A stretch of 12,815 nucleotides of DNA from Candidatus Hadarchaeales archaeon (GCA_038851075.1 JAWCLG010000020.1:1-12815); one strand, 5' to 3'; shown: positions 1 to 7,837, counted from the first letter of the stretch. Numbers and translations: made by a program. The notes: generated by a model not told the origin, from the sequence alone.

Positions 1-2
1 AA

Positions 3-263
3 ACAGGGGGTCCGATAACGGATGTAGAGCTTGAGTTGCCCTGGCCATACATAGACGACTACGACGAACTTGGGAGACCTGCAGCAAAGCCGATAGGGCT
101 GGATCGGTGGCTTCAAAAAGGGGAGCTGGTTATCCTTGTGGATAACGATAATATGGACAGATGGTTGAAAGAGGTCTGGAAACTTGAAAACGTCGAACCA
201 ACCTCATTTATAGAAAACTTTGGGGTGGAGTACTGTCTAGAAAACGCGATATGGTATGTGTAG
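3..263 (+). CDS. 5'-truncated hypothetical protein, possibly the N-terminal part of a gene that continues in frame into 285-764
   Basis: The frame is open from base 3 (TGGPITDVELELPWPY...), so the gene probably starts before the window. It ends at TAG 261-263, in the same frame as the next ORF. Confidence 0.6.
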   Translation, partial: TGGPITDVELELPWPYIDDYDELGRPAAKPIGLDRWLQKGELVILVDNDNMDRWLKEVWKLENVEPTSFIENFGVEYCLENAIWYV

Positions 264-284
264 AACTCGGTCAACTACAGGGAG

Positions 285-764
285 GTGGACATGGAAAATA
301 TAACGCTGCGCCTCACTTATGATGGCAAACTTCTCTGGGCAGATGGCATCGACATGGGGCTTTACGGAAGTCGCACTGTTTCTCCAAGAATAACAGCGGA
401 ATTGAGGAGGATGGCACGTGTGTCTGAATTTCAAAAAATCACGGTTGAAGTTTCTGAAATGTATCCTGGAGAAGTCATAAGTATTACTGGGGTGTTCTTT
501 GTCCCAGAAGAAAATGCTTTGAAAGTAAGAGTAGATGATTGGATAGAATCGGGCATGTGGAGAACCTTTAAGCCTGATCAAGAAAATGCACCACATGTTT
601 TGGTATGGTATTCCCCTAAAGATCTGAAGATTAACAGTGGCGGAATGATTTCTCTAGAAAAATATACAAATAAATCATTCTCACTCGTAGTACGGTATGA
701 AGAATACTGGCCAAACATAGGTACGGGTGGGGGACTAGTTGATGGTACGATTACCAGGGGTTAA
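285..764 (+). CDS. Hypothetical protein, or C-terminal part of the interrupted gene 3-764
   Basis: 159-aa ORF with protein-like, beta-rich composition. GGAGGTG lies just before ATG 291. No recognisable family motif. Confidence 0.6.
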   Translation: MDMENITLRLTYDGKLLWADGIDMGLYGSRTVSPRITAELRRMARVSEFQKITVEVSEMYPGEVISITGVFFVPEENALKVRVDDWIESGMWRTFKPDQENAPHVLVWYSPKDLKINSGGMISLEKYTNKSFSLVVRYEEYWPNIGTGGGLVDGTITRG

Positions 765-2716
765 CGTGGCTCAAATACGGAGGAATACCCCACGGCTGTG
801 CTTCTAACATAACAAGATGGAGGGCCAGCTGCACCAGTAAGTGAGATTTTGTAAACATTTGCAAATTCTATTTTTGGATAACCATAAACTTTTATCGTTT
901 TTGTTGAAGACGGATCCACTTGTGCGGGGTCTGGATTTGCGTAAGAAAAATAATATGTACTATAAGTTGTGGTAAGAGAAACATCTCCTCCTGCCCAGTG
1001 GTTTACAGGATAACCAGGCTGAGCATTAACTTCAGCCGCTTGAATGAATTTTACTGTCCCGTCTGGGTAAAACTTTGCATATCCAGGATTAGTCGGATTA
1101 AGGATGAAGTCCCCGCAGTTCAGGTAAACCGATGCATATTTCCATCCCCCCTGACCCGTGTATACAGTTGTATGTTTTGTCACGTATTTTGGATAAGAAA
1201 CCTCAACATCCAGATTTACGTTCAGCGGCCACTCTGACGGTACAAACACAAACCTCCCCTGATTGTCCGTGAATCCTGAGGCAAACGTCGCACCGTTTGA
1301 AAGACGCATCACCACGCGAGCGCCGGATAGCGCTTTACCCGTGTGTTCTGAGAATACCTGAACCTCTATCCTGCTGTTGGGGAAAGAGAGAAGGTATTCC
1401 AGCGTGAGGGGGCCTGGCTTTTCCTCCACGCTCATGGCAAAATGAACGGAATTCTCCTCTATCAGGCGCTGGCAGCCGTCATAAGCCCTCACAAAAACTC
1501 TTCGAACGCCGCTTGACACGCCCTCGTCCGCGAGGACAGCTATTGAGGCGCTTGAATCGCAGCCAAGGTCAAAATCCGCCGGAGCGACCTTCAATCCGTT
1601 TTCAGCCCAGACCGACAGGCGCGCACTTCCGATGTATCCGTTCTTCGGGAGGACCGAAACCAGAACCTCAGCCGAACCAGCTGCGGCGACGTAGTCGATC
1701 GCATCTATTCTCACGAAGGACCCGTTGCTTGAGTAAAATTGGATCCGGCTGAGCTCCCTGTACTCAGACTCGGTTATCGTGAAGGTCTGAGGCGGCACCG
1801 AAAGGCCATGTACGTAGCCAGGGCTTCCGCCCACGTAGTAGTCGCAGAAATGGATGTAGTAGGGGCCGGGCGTGTAATATATCCTGTATCCCCCGAATGT
1901 CCAGTAGCCCGCGCGGTATGTCCTGTAGTGTCCGTCATAGACTATCCTCTCCACCCTGTACCTGACATTCCTGAGCGCACCGTGCAGCCCGATCTCAGAA
2001 CCGCTGGAGGCAACAAAGCTCCTGTTAAGGTATTCATCGGGTGAGACCCAGCTTCCCGTGTTATAATCGTAATCCCCGCCCCACACATATCCGCTGGGAA
2101 CGTGCTCACGGCAGTAGTAATTTGGGTCGGTGGTGGTTTGGTTCGTATATATTCTGTGCCCGCCCACAAGCCTGACGTTGTACCTTGACCCGTATATGGT
2201 GCTGAGGAGACGGTACTCGTAGCGCCTCTCCCTCACGACTGGGTACCATCTCAGCTCCAGATCAGCGGAGTTCGGAGAAAGAGAGAGGTCAAACGGATCG
2301 TACCCGAGGACCACCAGATGAGACGGCGGATGATCTGGATCAAACTCGTTTTCAACAGTCAATGACTCAAACCCCCTGAATGGGTGGGCGGAGTTGAACC
2401 CGGTGTGGTTCTCGTTCACGATAAGGGTGTACCTAAATCTCTCCCGGGTGCCAGGGAATATCGCAAAATTTCCGTTCTCGTCGGTGGCCGTATAGAAAGC
2501 TGTTCCGTTCTCCAGCATGCACCTCACCGTCGCGTTCTCGATCCCCTGGCCTGCGCTGTCCATCACCCTTCCGCGGATGTACGGAAACTCAAGAACGAGA
2601 ACGAACGCCCGGCTGTTGTTCTCTGCAGACCCTCCTCCGTCTGCTCCGACCAGGCCCAGAACCAGCATCAGGGCTAAAGCTAAACCTCCCAGCCTCCCCA
2701 AATGCCCAGCCTCCAA
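761..2716 (-). CDS. Secreted/surface multidomain protein with two carboxypeptidase-regulatory-like (prealbumin-type) beta domains
   Basis: Hydrophobic signal-like N-terminus (RLGGLALALMLVLGLVGA). Two related modules: IRGRVMDSAGQGIENATV...TATDENGNF and IEVQVFSEHTGKALSGARV...GFTDNQGRF. Tyr/Gly-rich centre. The true start may be TTG 2701, which has GGAGG 8 nt upstream. Confidence 0.7.
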   Translation of the reverse strand: MEAGHLGRLGGLALALMLVLGLVGADGGGSAENNSRAFVLVLEFPYIRGRVMDSAGQGIENATVRCMLENGTAFYTATDENGNFAIFPGTRERFRYTLIVNENHTGFNSAHPFRGFESLTVENEFDPDHPPSHLVVLGYDPFDLSLSPNSADLELRWYPVVRERRYEYRLLSTIYGSRYNVRLVGGHRIYTNQTTTDPNYYCREHVPSGYVWGGDYDYNTGSWVSPDEYLNRSFVASSGSEIGLHGALRNVRYRVERIVYDGHYRTYRAGYWTFGGYRIYYTPGPYYIHFCDYYVGGSPGYVHGLSVPPQTFTITESEYRELSRIQFYSSNGSFVRIDAIDYVAAAGSAEVLVSVLPKNGYIGSARLSVWAENGLKVAPADFDLGCDSSASIAVLADEGVSSGVRRVFVRAYDGCQRLIEENSVHFAMSVEEKPGPLTLEYLLSFPNSRIEVQVFSEHTGKALSGARVVMRLSNGATFASGFTDNQGRFVFVPSEWPLNVNLDVEVSYPKYVTKHTTVYTGQGGWKYASVYLNCGDFILNPTNPGYAKFYPDGTVKFIQAAEVNAQPGYPVNHWAGGDVSLTTTYSTYYFSYANPDPAQVDPSSTKTIKVYGYPKIEFANVYKISLTGAAGPPSCYVRSTAVGYSSVFEPR

Positions 2717-2759
2717 ACCCCTGAAAGCCTTACAACCTTTGAAAAATACGTATAAAAAT

Positions 2760-3179
2760 CTAGTCCCTCATGAGTTCGTCCACGAGCCTTTTGCAGCTGC
2801 TCAGCACCAGCTCTGCCTGCCTGACAGCCTTTGGTGCGGCATCCCTGAAGAAAGAAACATCAAGCCCCTTCTCAAATCCGTAGCCCGCCAGCCCCCTCTT
2901 CTCCGCCAGCTCTGCGAGTATCCGGACGATCTCATCCAGATTCTGTCTGAACCACCTGGGCATCCTGCCCTCGACCTCTCTCATCGCTGGCCCGGGATCG
3001 TGCGTCTTCGGGTACTCGACCCCCAGGACCGCAAGCGCTGCCTTGGCGGCATGCTCGGCGCACATCTGGGCGCAGTACACCGCGTCATCATACCTCTTTC
3101 CCCTGAGGGCATCCCGGGAGCTGAGGAGCCATCTCTCCGCCCTCCCTACCATCAGAGAAGCGAGCTCCTTTCTGCTCAA
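2760..3179 (-). CDS. HEPN domain protein (COG2250-like), toxin-type partner of the MNT
   Basis: 139 aa, helical, with YDDAVYCAQMCAEHAAKA and YPKTHD motifs typical of this HEPN class. Its TTG start overlaps the MNT stop (TTGA, 3176-3179). Confidence 0.88.
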   Translation of the reverse strand: MSRKELASLMVGRAERWLLSSRDALRGKRYDDAVYCAQMCAEHAAKAALAVLGVEYPKTHDPGPAMREVEGRMPRWFRQNLDEIVRILAELAEKRGLAGYGFEKGLDVSFFRDAAPKAVRQAELVLSSCKRLVDELMRD

Positions 3180-3892
3180 ATTTCCTCAGCCCCCAGAACC
3201 CAGAACCATCTCCCATTCATGAGCTCCACCCTATATGAATTGCTCTCCATCAGCCTCGCCCTCAGCCTCTCAGCGGTTTCCCTGAACTCACCCCTGTCGT
3301 ATATCACAATTCCGTCGGCCACTGCGTCAAGCAGTATCCGCGGCATCTTCCCGAGGTCGGGGGGAGAGAGGGGATAATGCTGGATCTTTGGGTAGAAGCC
3401 CTCCGCCAGCGCCCTCGAGTATTCCGGGGCTTTTCTCAACTCAAGCTCGACTTCCACAAGCTCGTCCAGGGCGCGGATTGGGTCTTCGGATCCCTCCGCG
3501 ATCACCAGCAGGTCAATGTCGCTGTCCTTTCTCCAGTCACCCCTTGCAACAGATCCGAAAAGCACGAGGGATCTCAGGCGATCGCCGAGCCTTTCAATCA
3601 GGAGCTCAAAATACCTCCGCATGAGATCCCGGTAAAGCGGGTGAGGAATCCTGTCCAAGTCCGGAACTGGGGCTCCCATGATCTCCTTTATCTCCGCAAG
3701 CTTCTCGGCGACCTTCCTTCCCCTATCTGTTAACTCATATCCTGCTTCCACCGCCCTCACCAGCCCCATTCCCACGCCCTCCTTGAGGCAGGAGGCAAGC
3801 GTTCTCCGGTTCCTAACTACCTGGAGAAGGGAGCCGAAGCTCCTAGCGCCAGCCAGAAGGCCAACCAACAATTTTTCCAGGTTTTCCTTCAT
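3176..3892 (-). CDS. Winged-helix / minimal nucleotidyltransferase (MNT) fusion, antitoxin-type
   Basis: LVLFGSVARGDWRKDSDIDLLVI is the Pol-beta-type GS..DxD signature. The N-terminal ~70 aa ends in a wHTH wing (GLVRAVEAGYELTDRGRKVAE). Coupled to the HEPN gene. Confidence 0.88.
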   Translation of the reverse strand: MKENLEKLLVGLLAGARSFGSLLQVVRNRRTLASCLKEGVGMGLVRAVEAGYELTDRGRKVAEKLAEIKEIMGAPVPDLDRIPHPLYRDLMRRYFELLIERLGDRLRSLVLFGSVARGDWRKDSDIDLLVIAEGSEDPIRALDELVEVELELRKAPEYSRALAEGFYPKIQHYPLSPPDLGKMPRILLDAVADGIVIYDRGEFRETAERLRARLMESNSYRVELMNGRWFWVLGAEEI

Positions 3893-3923
3893 AGTTTAAT
3901 TTATTAAACTTTAAGTATATAAA
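3893..3923 (-). promoter_or_regulatory. Leaderless promoter of the MNT-HEPN operon with palindromic operator
   Basis: Minus-strand TTTATATA (3923-3916) lies 24-31 nt upstream of the ATG. A perfect inverted repeat AGTTTAAT-TT-ATTAAACT at 3893-3910 abuts the start codon. Confidence 0.7.
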
Positions 3924-4333
3924 AATATATCAAAAGCCTGTGGCGCTTGGCGCGGTTTCCACTAAGAACAGGCGACCGGTGAACGGGCTGACTTCAGGCG
4001 CGGCGCTGCCGCGTGAAAGGGCAACATGCAGTACTGGGGCGACACAAGGGCATGCTGGCTATTAGATAAGAGGATCGCCGCCCTGAGGGACCTTTGCCAT
4101 CCTCGGCTTTCCAGATCTCCGCGGCTGAGATACCTGAACGCTCCTCGGCTGTTTCTAGGCCCACAAAAACATGAATGCCCACCGTCGTCGCAAGCTATTA
4201 CAGAAAGAACCGGCAAAACGAATATTGCCGCGCCTGCCATGTGCCCTGGAAGCCCGGCGGCGATGACCTAGGTCCCACCGGGCGCGGCACATTGTCAACA
4301 GGGTGAGATTTTCTGGAAGGGCCTGTCTGATCT

Positions 4334-4387
4334 CAGAAAGGTATTAAAATAGGTGAACTGATGAAATCTGATTGCCTGGATGAGGTA
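4334..4387 (+). promoter_or_regulatory. Putative BRE/TATA promoter and RBS of the aminotransferase operon
   Basis: CAGAAAGG-TATTAAAATA at 4334-4351. GAGGT at 4382-4386 precedes ATG 4393. Confidence 0.45.
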
Positions 4388-4389
4388 AT

Positions 4390-6819
4390 TTGATGATACC
4401 GGTATGCGAGCCAAAGCTTGGGGCCAAGGAATTGGAGTATGTCATAGACTGCATAAAGACTAACTGGATATCCTCGAAGGGAAAGTACATAGATGAGTTT
4501 GAGAGGAGGTTCAGCGAATACTGCGGGGCGAAACACGGCATAGCGGTCTGCAACGGCACCGTGGCCCTTCATCTGGCCCTGGCGAGCATGGGGATAGGAC
4601 CCGGCGATGAGGTAATATGTCCCGCCTTCACCATGATAGCAACCGCCAACTCGATCACTTACACTGGCGCAAAGCCCGTGCTTGTTGACTCAGAGCGGGA
4701 GACCTGGAACATGGACCCATCCAAGATCGAGGAAAAGATCACGGACCGAACGAAGGCCATCATGGTCATGCACACGTATGGACATCCCGTCGACATGGAC
4801 CCTGTCCTGGACATCGCGGAGGATCACGACCTCTACGTCATCGAGGACGCGGCCGAGGCCCACGGCGCGGAGTACAAGGGAAGGAGAACCGGGGCTCTGG
4901 GGGACGCGGGCTGCTTCAGCTTCTACGCCAACAAGATAATCACAAGCGTGACCGGAGATGAACCGCTGATGATTATGGATGAATCGGGCCTTGTGCATGT
5001 TACCAGAGCATGTGAGTTCATCGACAGATTCTTCTTGCCCGGTGAAACAGGGGAGGTGCCAATTGAGGGATTCTACGCCCCGGTATTTGATAGGAAAGAT
5101 CACTCGATGAAATGGTCAAGGATATCCTCCTTGATACGCCATCGCGCGCCTGAGAGCGTATATAGGGTACACCTTCAGAAGGGGAGGACCGTCACGGTGA
5201 CCGGGAGCCATTCGCTGTTTGTAAAGGAAGGCGCAGAGATAACCACCAGGGAAGCCTCCAAGCTGAAGGCCGGGGATCTGGTGGCTGTTCCCATCCGCAT
5301 ACCACCAGCTCGGTACATGACTGATGTGGACATCATTTCCCTTTTTTTGAATTCCCTGAAAAGGGAAGATCTAGAAAAGCTCCGCGCGTGCATGGGGGTT
5401 TTGGATGAAAGACTGCCAGCCGGAAAGCATTACACCAGCGTAACGCTTTCGAAGATCAAAAGCGCCTCTGATCTTAAGATATGGATCTTGGCAAAAGGAA
5501 GGGGAATCGGGGGAGGAAGCGCAAAAATTCGTCTGCCTGCAAGATTGCCCATAACAAGGGAACTCTGCAGGCTCCTGGGGTATTATGCCGCGGAGGGTTC
5601 CATTTCGGGGAGGGGGACCTCGGTTGCCTTTACATTCGGCCCTGAGGAGCACCATTTGGTTCAGGACTGCGTTCAGTGCATCAGATCCACCTTTCCTGAC
5701 TCATCCGTGAGGGTCTACAGGGGAAACAGCAAAATGACCGTCACGGCAAATGGAAAGGTCATTGCCCTCCTGTTGGAAACGCTCATCGGAAGAGGCGCCA
5801 GGGAGAAACATCTGCCCTACTTCATCTATAACATTCATCCCTCACTCCAGCTCGAATTTCTTGACGCATATGTGAGGGGGGACGGATGCTCGAGGACCAT
5901 AAAGGGCAGCGACAGGATAGAGGTCAAAACCGTCAGCAAGGATCTGGCAATCGGGATTCACTATCTTCACCTGATGCTAGGCCTGTCGAACTCAGTGGAG
6001 GTGGGGCCGGCTGGGACACGGAACTTTGGAGAATATATCTCCCACACGGCCGAGATGTACAAGCTTTCGCTTGGGGGGATAAAGGGAACGAGTGTCCTTA
6101 ACGTGGAACCTACGCACAAAAACCTGGAAGAACACAACAGGATAAATGAAATCTCATTTTTAGAGGTAACCGGGGTCGAAGAGGTGAAACCTGCTACGCC
6201 CTACGTGTATGACATCAGCTGCCCGCCCGATGAAAACTTCGTGGGAGGATTTGGCGCGGTATTCCTGCACAATACCGGTGAAGGGGGAATGGTCGTGACA
6301 AACGACGATGAAATAGCAAGGATGTGCAGGCTGCTCCGCGATCAGGCTTTCGAGCCAAAGCGCTTCCTGCATCGCTACGTTGGGTTCAACTACCGCATGA
6401 CCAACCTGCAGGCTGCCATAGGAGTCGGGCAGATGGACCTGATAGATGAGTCAGTTGAAACGCGGAGACGCAACGCCGTGCTGTACAACTCCCTTCTGAA
6501 GGACGTGGAGGGGATAACTCTACCGCCAGAGGCCCCCTGGGCGAAGAACGTTTACTGGATGTACACGGTCTTGGTGGAGGACTCCTTTGGGATGGGCAGG
6601 GACGAACTTATGGCTTATCTGAAGGAGAAGGGAATTGACACTCGCTCCGCCTTTTATCCGATCCATGTTCAGCCGGTTTATCAGAGGCAGTACGAGGGAG
6701 AGAGATACCCTGTCGCAGAAGAACTCGGAAGAAAGGGGATCAATCTTCCATCCGGCAACACGCTGACAAAAGATCAGATTAAATACGTGGCGGAAACAAT
6801 CGCATCCGCAAGAAGGTGA
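4390..6819 (+). CDS. DegT/DnrJ/EryC1/StrS PLP-dependent sugar aminotransferase (perosamine-synthase-like), intein-containing precursor; spliced product about 366 aa
   Basis: Family motifs NGTVALHLAL, VIEDAAEAHG, FSFYANKIIT|TGEGG (PLP Lys182), GFNYRMTNLQAAIG and INLPS. Removing residues 186-628 restores a normal-length enzyme. Likely start is ATG 4393. Confidence 0.95.
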   Translation: MMIPVCEPKLGAKELEYVIDCIKTNWISSKGKYIDEFERRFSEYCGAKHGIAVCNGTVALHLALASMGIGPGDEVICPAFTMIATANSITYTGAKPVLVDSERETWNMDPSKIEEKITDRTKAIMVMHTYGHPVDMDPVLDIAEDHDLYVIEDAAEAHGAEYKGRRTGALGDAGCFSFYANKIITSVTGDEPLMIMDESGLVHVTRACEFIDRFFLPGETGEVPIEGFYAPVFDRKDHSMKWSRISSLIRHRAPESVYRVHLQKGRTVTVTGSHSLFVKEGAEITTREASKLKAGDLVAVPIRIPPARYMTDVDIISLFLNSLKREDLEKLRACMGVLDERLPAGKHYTSVTLSKIKSASDLKIWILAKGRGIGGGSAKIRLPARLPITRELCRLLGYYAAEGSISGRGTSVAFTFGPEEHHLVQDCVQCIRSTFPDSSVRVYRGNSKMTVTANGKVIALLLETLIGRGAREKHLPYFIYNIHPSLQLEFLDAYVRGDGCSRTIKGSDRIEVKTVSKDLAIGIHYLHLMLGLSNSVEVGPAGTRNFGEYISHTAEMYKLSLGGIKGTSVLNVEPTHKNLEEHNRINEISFLEVTGVEEVKPATPYVYDISCPPDENFVGGFGAVFLHNTGEGGMVVTNDDEIARMCRLLRDQAFEPKRFLHRYVGFNYRMTNLQAAIGVGQMDLIDESVETRRRNAVLYNSLLKDVEGITLPPEAPWAKNVYWMYTVLVEDSFGMGRDELMAYLKEKGIDTRSAFYPIHVQPVYQRQYEGERYPVAEELGRKGINLPSGNTLTKDQIKYVAETIASARR
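4945..6273 (+). mobile_element. Intein with LAGLIDADG homing endonuclease (443 aa)
   Basis: Block A SVTGDEPLMI (Ser1), block B VTVTGSHSLF (TxxH), block C LLGYYAAEG, block E FLDAYVRGDG, block F YVYDISC, block G VFLHN followed by Thr+1. It interrupts the conserved KIIT-TGEGG motif exactly. Confidence 0.95.
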
Positions 6820-6823
6820 ACAC

Positions 6824-7837
6824 ATGCCGGACATGTCATTTGCGGTTGTAGGGTGCGGAAGCTTCGGATCACGGAGGGTGAGCGCGCTCAGGAAAATCGG
6901 CGCGAAGATCGCGTGTTTGGTGGATACGAACAGAGAGCTCGTCTCCAAGATGGCCTTGGAGGTCGGCTGCGATTACTACACGGACTATCTTGAGGCTCTC
7001 AGGAGAAAGGATTTGGACTGCGTCGTGATCGCAACACCGAACAAGTTCCACGCTCCTATATCGATAGCGGCAATGGATGCCGGGATGCACGTGCTCTGTG
7101 AAAAGCCTCTAGCGAGAAATCCGGAGGAGGCCAGGGCGATGGTGGAGGCCTCAAGGCGAAACGGGGTTTTCCTAAAGACCGGATCCAACCTCAGGTACTT
7201 CTCGAACGTCAGGAAGGCCAAGGAGCTTGTGGACGCAGGTGCGATAGGAAGGCCCCTCTTCATCAGGGGATGGATAGGGCACGACGGTAAGAAGGTCCTT
7301 CACACCTGGAACGCTGACAGGGAGATGGCTGGAGGGGGAACGATGCTGGACAACGGGGCCCACATCCTCGATCTCTTCCGCTGGTTCATCGGGGACTTCT
7401 CGGAGTGCACGGGACACGTGGCGACGCTTCACATGCCGATAGAGGTTGAGGACAACGGCATGGCCATATTCAGGGCCGAGGACGGGCGAATGGCGTTCAT
7501 CCAGTCGTCATGGACGGAGTGGTCAGGGTACATGTACATGGAGATTTACGGGTCCGAGGGTTCCGTGATAATCGACAACAGGGGGGAGAGGATAGTGAAC
7601 TCGGGCAAGTGGGCAGTGACGAGCACCACCCTCTTGACATCCAAGGACGGGACACGACAGGTGTTTGACTACTCAGCGGAGCCTCCCCAGTCCTACGAGC
7701 TGGAGCTGAAGGACTTCATGGAGCGCGTGGAAAGCGGGGAGCAGCCGATGGCCAGCGGACATGATGGGATGAGGGTTGTGGAGATGGTCAATGCGATCTA
7801 CGAGTCATCCAGAGCCGGACGCACGGTCAAACTTTAA
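6824..7837 (+). CDS. Gfo/Idh/MocA family NAD(P)-dependent oxidoreductase (probable sugar dehydrogenase)
   Basis: Rossmann AVVGCGSFG, VIATPNKFH, HVLCEKPLA and GGGTMLDNGAH motifs. Starts 4 nt after the aminotransferase stop, with AAGGTGA as RBS. Confidence 0.92.
   Translation: MPDMSFAVVGCGSFGSRRVSALRKIGAKIACLVDTNRELVSKMALEVGCDYYTDYLEALRRKDLDCVVIATPNKFHAPISIAAMDAGMHVLCEKPLARNPEEARAMVEASRRNGVFLKTGSNLRYFSNVRKAKELVDAGAIGRPLFIRGWIGHDGKKVLHTWNADREMAGGGTMLDNGAHILDLFRWFIGDFSECTGHVATLHMPIEVEDNGMAIFRAEDGRMAFIQSSWTEWSGYMYMEIYGSEGSVIIDNRGERIVNSGKWAVTSTTLLTSKDGTRQVFDYSAEPPQSYELELKDFMERVESGEQPMASGHDGMRVVEMVNAIYESSRAGRTVKL

Noticed and set aside
1740-2250. Tyr-rich region as a diversity-generating retroelement target
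   Set aside because: No template repeat or reverse transcriptase is visible in the window.
2517-3733. Long plus-strand ORFs 2517-3377 (286 aa) and 3377-3733
   Set aside because: They are antisense shadows of the well-supported HEPN and MNT genes and have no motifs of their own.
4005-4035. GCCGCGTGAAAGGGC resembling group II intron domain V
   Set aside because: The AGC/CGC triad pairing and the rest of the domain V helix cannot be built, and no intron ends are evident.
3962-4271. Short ORFs in the spacer (3962-4240, 3994-4182, 4026-4271)
   Set aside because: They overlap each other, lack an RBS or family motif, and have composition typical of spurious GC-rich frames.
4358-4371. CTGATGA...CTGA resembling box C/D sRNA motifs
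   Set aside because: Spacing is too short for guide regions, there is no complete C-D'-C'-D layout, and it overlaps the predicted promoter/leader.
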